From sequence record JX128259: a stretch of DNA of 64,000 nucleotides; one strand, written 5' to 3'. Under the pieces are notes generated by a model. It ran no database searches, was not told the DNA's origin, and saw only the letters and a list, made by a program, of their open reading frames with translations. Shown here piece by piece: positions 38,563 through 49,046 of this stretch. The position numbers and the translations under genes were made by a program. The DNA is from Escherichia phage ECML-134. Numbering within the stretch: the stretch's first letter is position 1; every line of letters begins with the position of its first letter.

Positions 38563-40128
38563 ATGACTATCAAAACTAAAGCTGAACTTTTGAACAAATG
38601 GAAGCCATTACTGGAAGGTGAAGGTTTACCGGAAATTGCTAATAGCAAACAAGCGATTATCGCTAAAATCTTTGAAAACCAGGAAAAAGATTTCCAGACA
38701 GCTCCAGAGTACAAAGACGAAAAAATCGCTCAGGCGTTCGGTTCTTTCTTAACAGAAGCTGAAATCGGCGGTGACCACGGTTACAATGCTACTAACATCG
38801 CTGCTGGTCAGACTTCTGGCGCAGTAACTCAGATTGGCCCAGCTGTTATGGGTATGGTACGTCGTGCTATTCCTAACCTGATTGCTTTCGATATTTGCGG
38901 TGTTCAGCCGATGAACAGCCCGACTGGTCAGGTATTCGCACTGCGCGCAGTATATGGTAAAGACCCAATCGCTGCCGATGCTAAAGAAGCATTCCACCCA
39001 ATGTATGGTCCAGATGCAATGTTCTCTGGTCAGGGTGCTGCTAAGAAATTCCCAGCTCTGGCTGCTAGCACACAAACCGTTGTAGGTGATATCTATACTC
39101 ACTTCTTCCAGGAAACTGGTACTGTGTATCTGCAGGCTTCCGCTGTAGTAACAATCGATGCTAGTGCATCTGACGCAGCTAAATTAGATGCTGAAATTAA
39201 GAAACAAATGGAAGCTGGCGTACTGGTAGAAATCGCTGAAGGTATGGCTACTTCTATCGCTGAACTTCAGGAAGGTTTCAACGGTTCTACCGATAACCCA
39301 TGGAATGAAATGGGCTTCCGTATCGATAAACAAGTTATCGAAGCTAAATCTCGTCAGCTGAAAGCTGCTTACTCTATCGAATTAGCACAAGACCTCCGCG
39401 CTGTTCACGGTATGGATGCTGATGCTGAACTGTCTGGTATTCTGGCTACCGAAATCATGCTGGAAATCAACCGTGAAGTTGTTGATTGGATTAACTACTC
39501 AGCTCAGGTTGGTAAATCTGGTATGACCCTGACTCCAGGTTCTAAAGCTGGTGTATTTGACTTCCAGGATCCGATTGATATTCGTGGTGCTCGCTGGGCG
39601 GGTGAATCCTTTAAAGCTCTGTTGTTCCAGATTGACAAAGAAGCAGTTGAAATTGCTCGTCAGACCGGTCGTGGTGAAGGTAACTTCATTATCGCTTCCC
39701 GTAACGTAGTTAACGTTCTGGCTTCAGTTGATACCGGCATTTCTTATGCTGCACAGGGTCTGGCTACCGGCTTCAACACTGATACTACCAAGTCAGTATT
39801 TGCTGGTGTTCTGGGTGGTAAATACCGCGTATATATCGACCAGTATGCTAAACAGGATTATTTCACTGTAGGTTATAAAGGTCCGAACGAAATGGATGCT
39901 GGTATTTACTATGCTCCATATGTAGCTCTGACTCCACTGCGTGGTTCCGATCCGAAGAACTTCCAACCGGTAATGGGATTCAAAACTCGTTACGGTATCG
40001 GTATCAACCCATTTGCAGAATCCGCTGCTCAGGCTCCGGCTTCTCGCATCCAGAGCGGTATGCCTTCTATTCTGAATAGCCTTGGTAAAAACGCTTACTT
40101 TAGACGTGTATATGTTAAAGGTATCTAA
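38563..40128 (+). CDS. 23: gp23 major capsid protein
   Basis: 521 aa; T4 order and size; E. coli-like codon usage typical of a highly expressed gene. Confidence 0.9.
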   Translation: MTIKTKAELLNKWKPLLEGEGLPEIANSKQAIIAKIFENQEKDFQTAPEYKDEKIAQAFGSFLTEAEIGGDHGYNATNIAAGQTSGAVTQIGPAVMGMVRRAIPNLIAFDICGVQPMNSPTGQVFALRAVYGKDPIAADAKEAFHPMYGPDAMFSGQGAAKKFPALAASTQTVVGDIYTHFFQETGTVYLQASAVVTIDASASDAAKLDAEIKKQMEAGVLVEIAEGMATSIAELQEGFNGSTDNPWNEMGFRIDKQVIEAKSRQLKAAYSIELAQDLRAVHGMDADAELSGILATEIMLEINREVVDWINYSAQVGKSGMTLTPGSKAGVFDFQDPIDIRGARWAGESFKALLFQIDKEAVEIARQTGRGEGNFIIASRNVVNVLASVDTGISYAAQGLATGFNTDTTKSVFAGVLGGKYRVYIDQYAKQDYFTVGYKGPNEMDAGIYYAPYVALTPLRGSDPKNFQPVMGFKTRYGIGINPFAESAAQAPASRIQSGMPSILNSLGKNAYFRRVYVKGI

Positions 40129-40154
40129 TCTCTAACGATAGAAACACAATTTTA

Positions 40155-40178
40155 GGGAGCCTTCGGGCTCCCTTTTTC
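40155..40178 (+). terminator. intrinsic terminator after gene 23
   Basis: GGGAGCC-TTCG-GGCTCCC hairpin followed by TTTTT. Confidence 0.7.
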
Positions 40179-40849
40179 TATTTTATACGATAGCAATCAG
40201 GCATATCATCCGCATTTATCCAATTGCGAATAGTTTTAGGACTAACTTTAAAATGCTCCGCTGCGTAATCAGGATTATCAAATTTAACGCCCTTTATACA
40301 TATTGGAATAAATTTTTTAATACCACCAAGTTTTTCAGAAATAGCTTTACGATGTGAAATCGATATAGGTTTATTTTTTCGTGGATGAACATGTGTTTTA
40401 TAATATTCATTGCGCCCTTTAACTCGCTTCGCAATAGTTTCATCAGATTGCTTAACGCCTGTTTTTGCCTTTGATATTTTTCGTTTAGCTTCCACAGTCA
40501 TTCCTTCTTTTGTTCGTATTGATAACATATTACGATATGAAGGATCTTGCAAATGAACTATAACTGGATTTCCTCTGCCACCAATAGCAGCATTATAGGT
40601 ATCAGTTCTCATAACGAATTCCTCATTGACTAGTAAAGCTTCCATTTTATACATCTCCTCAGATGAGGAGAAAGAATAAAGAATTTCTTTTTTAAAGTTA
40701 TGAATACCATATTTTTTGATGGATTTTTTGATGTTTACGCCAGAACCCATATAACCATCGTTTTCGTCAAGAGTAGCATGAGCTCCGATGTAAATTTTTC
40801 CATTGATGATATTAGTAATTTGATATATTAAATATTTCATTTTAAACAT
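40178..40849 (-). CDS. segD: GIY-YIG homing endonuclease (SegD-like)
   Basis: 223 aa from MFKMKY; GIY-YIG module YLIYQITNIINGKIYIGAHA; sits between genes 23 and 24 on the opposite strand. Confidence 0.8.
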   Translation of the reverse strand: MFKMKYLIYQITNIINGKIYIGAHATLDENDGYMGSGVNIKKSIKKYGIHNFKKEILYSFSSSEEMYKMEALLVNEEFVMRTDTYNAAIGGRGNPVIVHLQDPSYRNMLSIRTKEGMTVEAKRKISKAKTGVKQSDETIAKRVKGRNEYYKTHVHPRKNKPISISHRKAISEKLGGIKKFIPICIKGVKFDNPDYAAEHFKVSPKTIRNWINADDMPDCYRIK

Positions 40850-40904
40850 CGCTCCGTTTGTATATGAATATAATATCATATTACTTTGGTCTTGTAAATA
40901 ACTT

Positions 40905-40912
40905 TATAAATA
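40905..40912 (+). promoter_or_regulatory. late promoter TATAAATA for gene 24
   Basis: exact TATAAATA 28 nt upstream of the ATG at 40940. Confidence 0.55.
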
Positions 40913-40939
40913 GTATTATATTTCAACAAGGAAAATACA

Positions 40940-42223
40940 ATGGCTAAAATCAACGAACTTCTGCGCGAATCAACAACAACGAATAGCAACTCAATCGGTC
41001 GCCCAAATCTCGTTGCTTTGACTCGCGCTACCACTAAATTAATATATTCTGACATTGTAGCAACGCAAAGAACTAATCAACCTGTTGCTGCTTTTTATGG
41101 TATCAAATACCTTAACCCAGACAATGAATTTACATTTAAAACTGGTGCTACTTACGCTGGCGAAGCTGGATATGTAGACCGAGAACAAATCACAGAATTA
41201 ACAGAAGAGTCTAAATTAACTCTCAATAAAGGCGATTTATTCAAATATAATAATATCGTTTATAAAGTATTAGAAGATACTCCATTTGCTGATATTGAAG
41301 AAAGCGATTTAGAATTAGCTCTTCAGATTGCAATTGTTCTTTTAAAGGTTCGTCTATTTTCTGACGCAGCGTCAACAAGCAAATTTGAAAGCTCTGATAG
41401 CGAAATTGCGGATGCTAGATTCCAGATTAATAAATGGCAAACCGCAGTTAAATCTCGTAAACTTAAAACTGGTATCACAGTTGAATTAGCACAAGATTTA
41501 GAAGCAAATGGATTCGATGCTCCTAATTTCTTGGAAGATTTGCTTGCAACTGAAATGGCGGATGAAATTAATAAAGATATTCTGCAGTCTTTGATTACAG
41601 TATCAAAACGCTATAAAGTTACAGGAATTACTGATAGTGGATTCATCGATTTGAGTTATGCATCTGCTCCTGAAGCTGGTCGTTCATTATACCGAATGGT
41701 ATGTGAAATGGTTTCGCATATCCAAAAAGAATCAACTTATACAGCAACGTTCTGTGTTGCTTCAGCTCGTGCTGCTGCGATTCTTGCTGCATCAGGTTGG
41801 TTAAAACATAAACCAGAAGATGATAAATATCTTTCACAAAATGCCTACGGGTTCTTAGCTAATGGTTTACCGCTTTATTGCGATACTAACAGCCCATTAG
41901 ATTATGTAATCGTTGGCGTAGTAGAAAATATCGGTGAAAAAGAAATTGTTGGTTCAATTTTCTATGCTCCGTATACAGAAGGTCTTGACTTAGATGACCC
42001 TGAACATGTGGGTGCATTTAAAGTTGTTGTTGATCCAGAAAGCTTACAACCGTCTATCGGTTTATTAGTTAGATATGCTTTATCAGCAAATCCTTATACT
42101 GTAGCAAAAGATGAAAAAGAAGCAAGAATAATTGACGGTGGAGACATGGATAAAATGGCAGGTCGTTCAGATTTGTCTGTTTTATTAGGTGTTAAATTAC
42201 CAAAAATTATTATTGATGAATAA
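40940..42223 (+). CDS. 24: gp24 capsid vertex protein
   Basis: 427 aa; gp23-like fold; T4 order. Confidence 0.85.
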   Translation: MAKINELLRESTTTNSNSIGRPNLVALTRATTKLIYSDIVATQRTNQPVAAFYGIKYLNPDNEFTFKTGATYAGEAGYVDREQITELTEESKLTLNKGDLFKYNNIVYKVLEDTPFADIEESDLELALQIAIVLLKVRLFSDAASTSKFESSDSEIADARFQINKWQTAVKSRKLKTGITVELAQDLEANGFDAPNFLEDLLATEMADEINKDILQSLITVSKRYKVTGITDSGFIDLSYASAPEAGRSLYRMVCEMVSHIQKESTYTATFCVASARAAAILAASGWLKHKPEDDKYLSQNAYGFLANGLPLYCDTNSPLDYVIVGVVENIGEKEIVGSIFYAPYTEGLDLDDPEHVGAFKVVVDPESLQPSIGLLVRYALSANPYTVAKDEKEARIIDGGDMDKMAGRSDLSVLLGVKLPKIIIDE

Positions 42224-42229
42224 AGCAAA

Positions 42230-42251
42230 GGGACCTTTCGGTCCCTTTTTA
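42230..42251. terminator. terminator hairpin between convergent gene 24 and rnlB
   Basis: GGGACC-TTTCGG-TCCC hairpin followed by TTTTT. Confidence 0.6.
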
Positions 42252-42252
42252 T

Positions 42253-43257
42253 TTAACTTACCAATTCAATCCAAGCCGGACGAAGTACATCTTGTACCAT
42301 TTTAACTAATTCCTTCTTAATCAAAGAAGGATTATCCGCTTGAGTTAGAATAATACCTTCACGAGAAGTTTCTTCCAAAATATCTTGAACAGTTAGTCCC
42401 ATCACCTTTCCAAAATCTTTAGGACCAATTTCGCCAATTTTAGAAATAACGTTATTTACCCGGTTCAGTGTAACGTAACAAGCTAAAATCCCCACCAATT
42501 TGTTATCAGCTTCTGACAGTTCAACTTTAGCTTTAATAGGCTTATCAGACTTTTTCTTTTCACTAAATTTAGAGTTCTTGCATTTAATCGCCACACGATT
42601 GCGATTAGGCAGCCAAGAAGGATAACAAGGTTTCAATACATATCCTTCAGCAGTAAATACTTCGCCTTTTGCTTCGGCATTCCAAATGCATTTATTTGCA
42701 TCAACTAATCCGGCATGGTCTACTGTAAAATTATAATCTTGGACGACAGAATCTAAATCATTTGGCAATTTAATAAGCTCTTCAAATTTACCGCGACCTA
42801 AAAGTGGAGCCATTTTAAATTTAAACGTATTACAGAATGATTCCATCATATAATCATCGACATAAGTCACATCACCACTTTCTGTAGTAACAATAATGTC
42901 AAATACATAAAAATCTTTATCACCATAATCGACATTCTTCTGAATGCCAGGTCCAGCAAATTCGCCAAAGACTTGATAAGATACAACTGCCGAAGTTTCC
43001 ATAATATCTTGTACTGCTTTAATGGAATCAGCGTAATTCTTTAGAATAATTTCATACCCAAAGAAATCTTCAGCAGGAAGAATAGGACCAGTACGTTTAG
43101 CGCAAGTCACTTTATCGCGTTCAATAATCAGTGAGAAATTTGTGCCATGAATCTTTTCACGAGCTACCCATTCGCCGCCAGTCAATCCTAAGCTGTAAAG
43201 TTTTTCAATGAATTTAGAATTGTAATGATTTTCAAGACTGCTATACTTTTTAAACAT
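42253..43257 (-). CDS. rnlB: RNA ligase 2 (RnlB)
   Basis: 334 aa; nucleotidyltransferase motif KIHGTNF; T4 order. Confidence 0.85.
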   Translation of the reverse strand: MFKKYSSLENHYNSKFIEKLYSLGLTGGEWVAREKIHGTNFSLIIERDKVTCAKRTGPILPAEDFFGYEIILKNYADSIKAVQDIMETSAVVSYQVFGEFAGPGIQKNVDYGDKDFYVFDIIVTTESGDVTYVDDYMMESFCNTFKFKMAPLLGRGKFEELIKLPNDLDSVVQDYNFTVDHAGLVDANKCIWNAEAKGEVFTAEGYVLKPCYPSWLPNRNRVAIKCKNSKFSEKKKSDKPIKAKVELSEADNKLVGILACYVTLNRVNNVISKIGEIGPKDFGKVMGLTVQDILEETSREGIILTQADNPSLIKKELVKMVQDVLRPAWIELVS

Positions 43258-43266
43258 AATTAATCC

Positions 43267-43545
43267 TCAAAATGTAATTTCTAACCAATCACCATCACGC
43301 TGATCGCTATTGACTTTAAAGCTAAATCCTTCTTTTCTCAGCCAATCACCAATTTCTTCAGTAATCAATTTATCGCGAGCAGTACAATAATAATTAAAAT
43401 GTGTTTTACCTTGTTCAGCTGCTTTATTAGCAAGTTCCGAAAAATCTTTAATAAAGCACTCTAGTTTAAACTGTTTACTTTTGAATGCTTTTTCGCGTAA
43501 TTGATTAGCAAAAGATTCATTTTCATAAAGATCATACTGTTCCAT
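43267..43545 (-). CDS. hypothetical protein (24.2-like)
   Basis: 92 aa ORF. Confidence 0.6.
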   Translation of the reverse strand: MEQYDLYENESFANQLREKAFKSKQFKLECFIKDFSELANKAAEQGKTHFNYYCTARDKLITEEIGDWLRKEGFSFKVNSDQRDGDWLEITF

Positions 43546-43747
43546 TTTTCACCTTTTTATTGATATGTCTTTTTCTATAGACAACTTTTTCTCGAGTTTC
43601 AAATTTATTCTTAGCAGTCATAGCTCGAGCCCATAATACAGCCACTTCTTTCGCCTGTAAGTTTAATTCACGAGCAATTTCAATGAATGACTTTCCAGAC
43701 TCATGAAGAGTAAACACCACAACCTCAGTTCTCATAATCAATCTCAT
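43532..43747 (-). CDS. small helix-turn-helix-like protein (24.3-like)
   Basis: 71 aa basic ORF. Confidence 0.55.
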   Translation of the reverse strand: MRLIMRTEVVVFTLHESGKSFIEIARELNLQAKEVAVLWARAMTAKNKFETREKVVYRKRHINKKVKNGTV

Positions 43748-43836
43748 GTTATCGAGTTGGTGCCATTATATACATCATTTTCTGAGTGTGTTTTGTGTGC
43801 TTTTAAAATGAAGAAAGGGGCCGAAGCCCCTTATGA

Positions 43837-44967
43837 TTATGGATAGGTATAGATGATACCAGTTTCTAAAGCAGTTTTATGAATGATATATCCATTACGT
43901 GATTCTTGGACATCAACTTCTGGATAGTCTTTCATCATCTTCTGAAGAGTGTAACGATGCAGGTAGTATTTACTATCTGGATCTTCAGTTTTCCAATCTT
44001 TACCTTCTTCAGTCATTTTTTGGATTTCATCCATAACCCACCAACCGCACTAGATGTAAGCTGAGCTACGGTGTGGAAGAGGATGAACATAAGGTAATTC
44101 ACCTTCTGGTTCTGGAGCAACTTTATCAGTTACCTGAACTTGACCTGTGGCTTTAACTGTTTTACTATCATAGTCAGTTGCTGTAACGACAGCAGTAACT
44201 TCAATAGTTTGACTTCCAATAGATGAGGTATCAACAGTATATACGTTAGTTGACCCTTCCACAGGAGAAGAATCTTTCTTCCATGAGTAAGTAATTTGTG
44301 CTGCTTCAGGTGCGCCAGTAACATTAGCAGTAAATGTAGCCGAAGTATCTTGCTGAACATTAATAGAAGGAGGAGTCAATGTAACCTGTGGATTCATTGT
44401 CTTCTTATTAACTGTCAATGATACTTCATTGGAAGTAACTTCTTTTGCATCATAATCTGTCGCGGTTACTTGAGCCACACACTTAATTGTTTTAACTCCG
44501 CTTGTGGTAGGAGTGTAATTGAATGTAGCAGAAGTTGCTTCGCCCACAGGAGAACCGTCAACGTACCATTGATACGTAGCAGATGCACCTGGTGGCTGCG
44601 AAGCTAAGGCAGCGGTAAATTCAATAGCTGTTCCAATTACTCCAGCGTCAGGGCTATTAGGAGTTACAGCTAGGGTAGTCGTTTGTGTCTTATTTTGAAC
44701 TGTGATAGTTGTAGAAGCTTCTGCTGTTTCAGCTTCAGCTTCTGGAACTGGGTTTGTTGCAACTACTTTAATAGTCTTTTGACCGGCAGGTCCTTTTAGT
44801 ACATAGCTAAAAGTTGCTGACGTTTCTTCCTGCGGAGCGTCGTCTACAGTCCAAGCATATGTAATAGGTCCATCTCCAGTTTGACCACTGGGTGTAGCAG
44901 TAAACTGCTGAGTCTGATCTATAACTCCAGTAGGTGTTTTAGGAGTTATATCAACGGTAAAAGCCAT
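43837..44967 (-). pseudogene. hoc: hoc (outer capsid decoration protein) interrupted by an in-frame TAG stop
   Basis: 305-aa Ig-like N-terminal ORF (44050..44967) and 65-aa C-terminal ORF (43837..44034) are in one frame, separated by TAG (plus 44050-44052) plus 5 codons; total 376 codons. Confidence 0.7.
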
Positions 44968-44976
44968 AAGTTATCC

Positions 44977-45657
44977 TTATTTTAATGTTATGAAAGAAGA
45001 ATTGCGTGTTTCACGAATTAGAACTGATCCGTCACGATTAATGTAGTAAATTAAGCTAAATAAAGTTTGGTGTGCCGACGCGTGTTCAAAACTAGTTGGG
45101 TGAGATTTCCAATCCGGAGTTTCAGCAATCCACTGGTAAATCCACCAAGGAACAGTGCAGAATCCTGGATTTTTTCCAATCAGCTGAAGATTCGGACTAA
45201 AGTTTTCCGGAAGAGTAAATACAGACGGCTTTTCAGATTCAATAATCTCAGCTACAGCCTGTTCGAATTTTTCTTCAACAAAAGGAGTATCTTCAATCAA
45301 AACATCGGTATTTTCAGGAATTTTATCCGTTTCTATGACTTCAATTTTAATGTCAGATTTAACCGGAGAATCAATCAGAAGTGCTGCTTCTGGATTGACT
45401 TCTTCATCGTCATATTTTAATCCCTCTGCAGCATCTGCAGCATCGATTAAGTCTTTAATAGATAACCCATCAGTCTCTGGCATAGGTTCACTAGCGAGCT
45501 TCTGGAGGGCTTCTTCAATATCAATAACGATATTATCAAAAGATTTATTCTTTTTGACCTTTATACCAAACTGTTCAGCATATTCAGCTAATTTAGCTTT
45601 AGCTTCTTTATTATCATCAAGAGCCTTCAACTCTGCAATATAATCTTTATCTATCAT
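44977..45657 (-). CDS. inh: Inh, inhibitor of prohead protease
   Basis: 226 aa; T4 order (hoc-inh-segE). Confidence 0.75.
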   Translation of the reverse strand: MIDKDYIAELKALDDNKEAKAKLAEYAEQFGIKVKKNKSFDNIVIDIEEALQKLASEPMPETDGLSIKDLIDAADAAEGLKYDDEEVNPEAALLIDSPVKSDIKIEVIETDKIPENTDVLIEDTPFVEEKFEQAVAEIIESEKPSVFTLPENFSPNLQLIGKNPGFCTVPWWIYQWIAETPDWKSHPTSFEHASAHQTLFSLIYYINRDGSVLIRETRNSSFITLK

Positions 45658-45670
45658 AATATTTCCTCAG

Positions 45671-45678
45671 TATAAATA
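45671..45678 (+). promoter_or_regulatory. late promoter TATAAATA upstream of segE
   Basis: exact TATAAATA 28 nt upstream of the ATG at 45707. Confidence 0.45.
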
Positions 45679-45706
45679 TAGATATATTTATTACTCGGAA
45701 AATAGT

Positions 45707-46324
45707 ATGTACCACTTTGTATATGAAACAACAAATCTAATAAATGGTAAAAAGTATATAGGAAAACACTCTACTGATGACTTGAATGATGGTTACCTTG
45801 GTTCCGGTAAGGCAATTCAGCAGGCTATAAAGAAGTATGGTGAAAACAATTTCTCTAGAACAATACTAAAAGAGTTTAAAACTTCCGAAGAAGCGTACAT
45901 GTATGAAGAAGAAATTATAACTCCTGAAATAATAAAAAGCAAAAATTATTATAATATGAAACCTGGTGGAATTGGTGGAATTGTTATGACTACAGAGGTT
46001 ATAGCAAAGATGAAAGAATCTTCCGCTAAGAGATTTGAAAACTCACCGGGCACGGTATTAGGTACAACTTGTTACACTAATGGAACTAAAAATATTTTTA
46101 TTAAACCTGGAGAACTTGTTCCAGAAGGATTTGTAAAAGGGATGGTTCATCCTAATAGAAAGTCCAGAAAAGGATGTAAAGTCAAACCGACTACCACAGG
46201 AACTTTTTGGGTCAATAATGGCGCAATAAATAAATTAATACAACCAGACGGTATTATTCCCGACGGATTTATTAAAGGTCGTCTCATGAAAAGAGATTCT
46301 AAAGGCAAATTTAGTAAGGCATAA
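45707..46324 (+). CDS. segE: GIY-YIG homing endonuclease (SegE-like)
   Basis: 205 aa; GIY-YIG module FVYETTNLINGKKYIGKHS; between inh and uvsW. Confidence 0.8.
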   Translation: MYHFVYETTNLINGKKYIGKHSTDDLNDGYLGSGKAIQQAIKKYGENNFSRTILKEFKTSEEAYMYEEEIITPEIIKSKNYYNMKPGGIGGIVMTTEVIAKMKESSAKRFENSPGTVLGTTCYTNGTKNIFIKPGELVPEGFVKGMVHPNRKSRKGCKVKPTTTGTFWVNNGAINKLIQPDGIIPDGFIKGRLMKRDSKGKFSKA

Positions 46325-46326
46325 TT

Positions 46327-47835
46327 ATGGATATTAAAGTACATTTTCACGACTTCAGTCATGTACGCATCGATTGTGAAGAGAGCACGTTCCACGAATT
46401 AAGAGATTTCTTTTCGTTTGAGGCCGATGGATATAGATTTAATCCTCGCTTCAGATATGGCAACTGGGATGGACGAATCCGTCTTTTAGATTATAATCGC
46501 CTTCTTCCGTTCGGCTTAGTTGGGCAAATTAAAAAGTTCTGTGATAACTTTGGCTATAAAGCCTGGATTGACCCACAAATTAACGAAAAAGAAGAATTAT
46601 CAAGAAAAGATTTTGATGAATGGCTTTCTAAATTAGAAATCTATTCAGGAAATAAAAGAATTGAACCACATTGGTATCAAAAAGATGCAGTGTTCGAAGG
46701 ATTAGTTAATCGTCGCAGAATTCTTAATCTTCCAACATCCGCAGGTAAATCTTTAATTCAAGCTTTGCTTGCTCGGTATTATTTGGAAAATTATGAAGGT
46801 AAAATTCTTATCATTGTTCCAACAACTGCTCTAACAACTCAGATGGCTGATGACTTTGTTGACTATCGTTTATTCAGTCATGCAATGATAAAGAAAATCG
46901 GTGGCGGAGCATCAAAAGATGATAAATATAAAAATGATGCACCAGTCGTTGTTGGTACATGGCAAACTGTAGTAAAACAACCAAAAGAATGGTTCTCACA
47001 GTTTGGAATGATGATGAATGATGAATGCCATCTTGCTACAGGAAAAAGTATTTCATCTATCATATCAGGTTTAAATAACTGCATGTTCAAATTCGGTTTG
47101 TCTGGTTCATTACGAGATGGCAAAGCCAATATCATGCAGTATGTTGGAATGTTTGGTGAAATATTTAAGCCAGTAACGACTTCTAAATTAATGGAAGATG
47201 GACAAGTAACTGAGCTAAAAATTAATAGTATTTTTCTTCGCTATCCCGATGAGTTCACTACTAAATTAAAGGGAAAAACTTACCAAGAAGAAATAAAAAT
47301 TATTACTGGGCTTAGTAAAAGAAATAAATGGATCGCTAAATTAGCTATTAAGCTTGCGCAAAAAGATGAAAACGCTTTTGTCATGTTTAAACATGTATCG
47401 CATGGTAAAGCTATTTTCGATTTAATTAAAAATGAATACGATAAAGTTTATTACGTATCAGGGGAAGTTGATACCGAAACCCGCAATATAATGAAAACCT
47501 TAGCTGAAAATGGTAAAGGAATAATTATAGTAGCGAGTTATGGCGTATTTTCTACTGGTATTTCAGTTAAAAATCTGCATCACGTTGTTTTAGCGCACGG
47601 TGTTAAATCAAAAATCATTGTATTACAAACAATCGGTCGTGTATTACGTAAGCATGGTTCTAAAACAATCGCAACGGTCTGGGACCTCATAGATGATTGT
47701 GGTGTTAAGCCAAAATCTGCTAATACGAAAAAGAAATATGTTCATTTGAACTATCTTTTAAAACACGGCATTGATCGTATTCAGCGCTACGCAGATGAAA
47801 AATTTAATTACGTAATGAAAACAGTTAATTTATAA
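46327..47835 (+). CDS. uvsW: UvsW helicase
   Basis: 502 aa; Walker A LPTSAGKS and DECH box. Confidence 0.85.
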   Translation: MDIKVHFHDFSHVRIDCEESTFHELRDFFSFEADGYRFNPRFRYGNWDGRIRLLDYNRLLPFGLVGQIKKFCDNFGYKAWIDPQINEKEELSRKDFDEWLSKLEIYSGNKRIEPHWYQKDAVFEGLVNRRRILNLPTSAGKSLIQALLARYYLENYEGKILIIVPTTALTTQMADDFVDYRLFSHAMIKKIGGGASKDDKYKNDAPVVVGTWQTVVKQPKEWFSQFGMMMNDECHLATGKSISSIISGLNNCMFKFGLSGSLRDGKANIMQYVGMFGEIFKPVTTSKLMEDGQVTELKINSIFLRYPDEFTTKLKGKTYQEEIKIITGLSKRNKWIAKLAIKLAQKDENAFVMFKHVSHGKAIFDLIKNEYDKVYYVSGEVDTETRNIMKTLAENGKGIIIVASYGVFSTGISVKNLHHVVLAHGVKSKIIVLQTIGRVLRKHGSKTIATVWDLIDDCGVKPKSANTKKKYVHLNYLLKHGIDRIQRYADEKFNYVMKTVNL

Positions 47836-47848
47836 GGGCTTCGGCCCT

Positions 47849-48091
47849 TTGGAGAAAAAGATGTTACTAGAATTTAAACAATTTCTTTATGAAGCTTCTA
47901 TTGATGAATTTATGGGTAAAATTGCCTCTTGTCAAACATTAGAAGGTTTAGAAGAACTTGAAGCTTATTATAAGAAAAGAGTTAAAGAAACTGAATTAAA
48001 AGATACTGATGACATCTCTGTAAGAGATGCTTTGGCAGGAAAAAGAGCTGAATTAGAAGATTCAGACGATGAAGTAGAAGAAAGCTTTTAA
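47849..48091 (+). CDS. uvsW.1: UvsW.1-like small acidic protein
   Basis: 80 aa ORF directly after uvsW. Confidence 0.65.
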   Translation: MEKKMLLEFKQFLYEASIDEFMGKIASCQTLEGLEELEAYYKKRVKETELKDTDDISVRDALAGKRAELEDSDDEVEESF

Positions 48092-48146
48092 ATTAAAAAA
48101 GGCCCAACCAAAAAGGAAGGGCCAAAACTATAGACTAAAGGTCACA

Positions 48147-48314
48147 CTATAGCAAAAGTTGTGTTTCATTTAATTGTTCTTCCGAACTTTCTGAAACTGG
48201 TAGTTCTTTAATGTAATTATAGCAAGGCCCAGGATGTACAGGACCTTTGTCTGTTTCAACAACCAATGCAGAATCGATTGGAGTTTTACAGACAACACAA
48301 ATCTTATCTGACAT
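48147..48314 (-). CDS. small Cys-containing protein (uvsY.-1-like), below the ORF-track cutoff
   Basis: 55 aa (MSDKICVVCKTP...GPC...); ATG at 48312-48314, TAG stop at 48147-48149. Confidence 0.4.
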   Translation of the reverse strand: MSDKICVVCKTPIDSALVVETDKGPVHPGPCYNYIKELPVSESSEEQLNETQLLL

Positions 48315-48342
48315 GATTGTCTCCTCTGAATTATATATCTAT

Positions 48343-48567
48343 TTATACAACTCTCATATGCATATCAATGCCCATATCTTTAGAATAAAAATATTCATCA
48401 AGATATCCGGCAAATTTTCCTTTAATATAAAGGACGTCTTCACCACACGGGTGGTCGGCCAGGATACGAATATCCTGACGCTTAAGATTATACTTTTTCA
48501 TTAAGAATTGAATCTCAGTTTCAAATTCTTCTTCATAATTAAAAGCATCATCAATGCTATATCCCAT
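48343..48567 (-). CDS. hypothetical protein (uvsY.-2-like)
   Basis: 74 aa ORF, stop overlaps the uvsY region. Confidence 0.55.
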   Translation of the reverse strand: MGYSIDDAFNYEEEFETEIQFLMKKYNLKRQDIRILADHPCGEDVLYIKGKFAGYLDEYFYSKDMGIDMHMRVV

Positions 48568-48980
48568 TATTTTCCAGCCTCAAATGCCCGCATGTCTTGA
48601 ATATGCTTAATAGCAAATCCTCGTGATTTAATAGCATCAAGAGCTCCGCTACAGAAATCTAATAAAATCCCCCAATACTGTAACGAGGTATCAACCTTTA
48701 AAACATCCTTATCAGCTGATAGAACTGTCTTCATTTCTGATTTCTCGTAACGATCCATACTAAATTCATCACCATCTCCTCGTCCCGAGTAGTAGTCTAA
48801 TTTAGCTTTAAGAGCAACTTTTTTCTGTGCGTCAATTCTAAGCATTTCCTTTTTAATACTTGAATGCTTATTAAGCCATTTACTATATAACATCACATTA
48901 TTAGCTGCTTCATACTGTAATTTAGTCGAATCTATAAACACATCTTTCTTCAATTCTTCTTGAAGATCTTCTAATCTCAT
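48567..48980 (-). CDS. uvsY: UvsY recombination mediator
   Basis: 137 aa; T4 order and size. Confidence 0.85.
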   Translation of the reverse strand: MRLEDLQEELKKDVFIDSTKLQYEAANNVMLYSKWLNKHSSIKKEMLRIDAQKKVALKAKLDYYSGRGDGDEFSMDRYEKSEMKTVLSADKDVLKVDTSLQYWGILLDFCSGALDAIKSRGFAIKHIQDMRAFEAGK

Positions 48981-49046
48981 ATTGTTCTCTATTCAATTGT
49001 TATTGGATGGACTTAGATTCATTATACCACGTTTTAACGTGAAGCA

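Noticed and set aside
45067-45643. Plus-strand ORFs of 117 and 102 aa within the inh region
   Set aside because: Both lie antisense inside inh; low-complexity translations; no start context.
48247-48504. 85-aa plus-strand ORF
   Set aside because: Antisense to the uvsY.-2-like gene and the small Cys ORF in a minus-strand operon; no ribosome-binding site.
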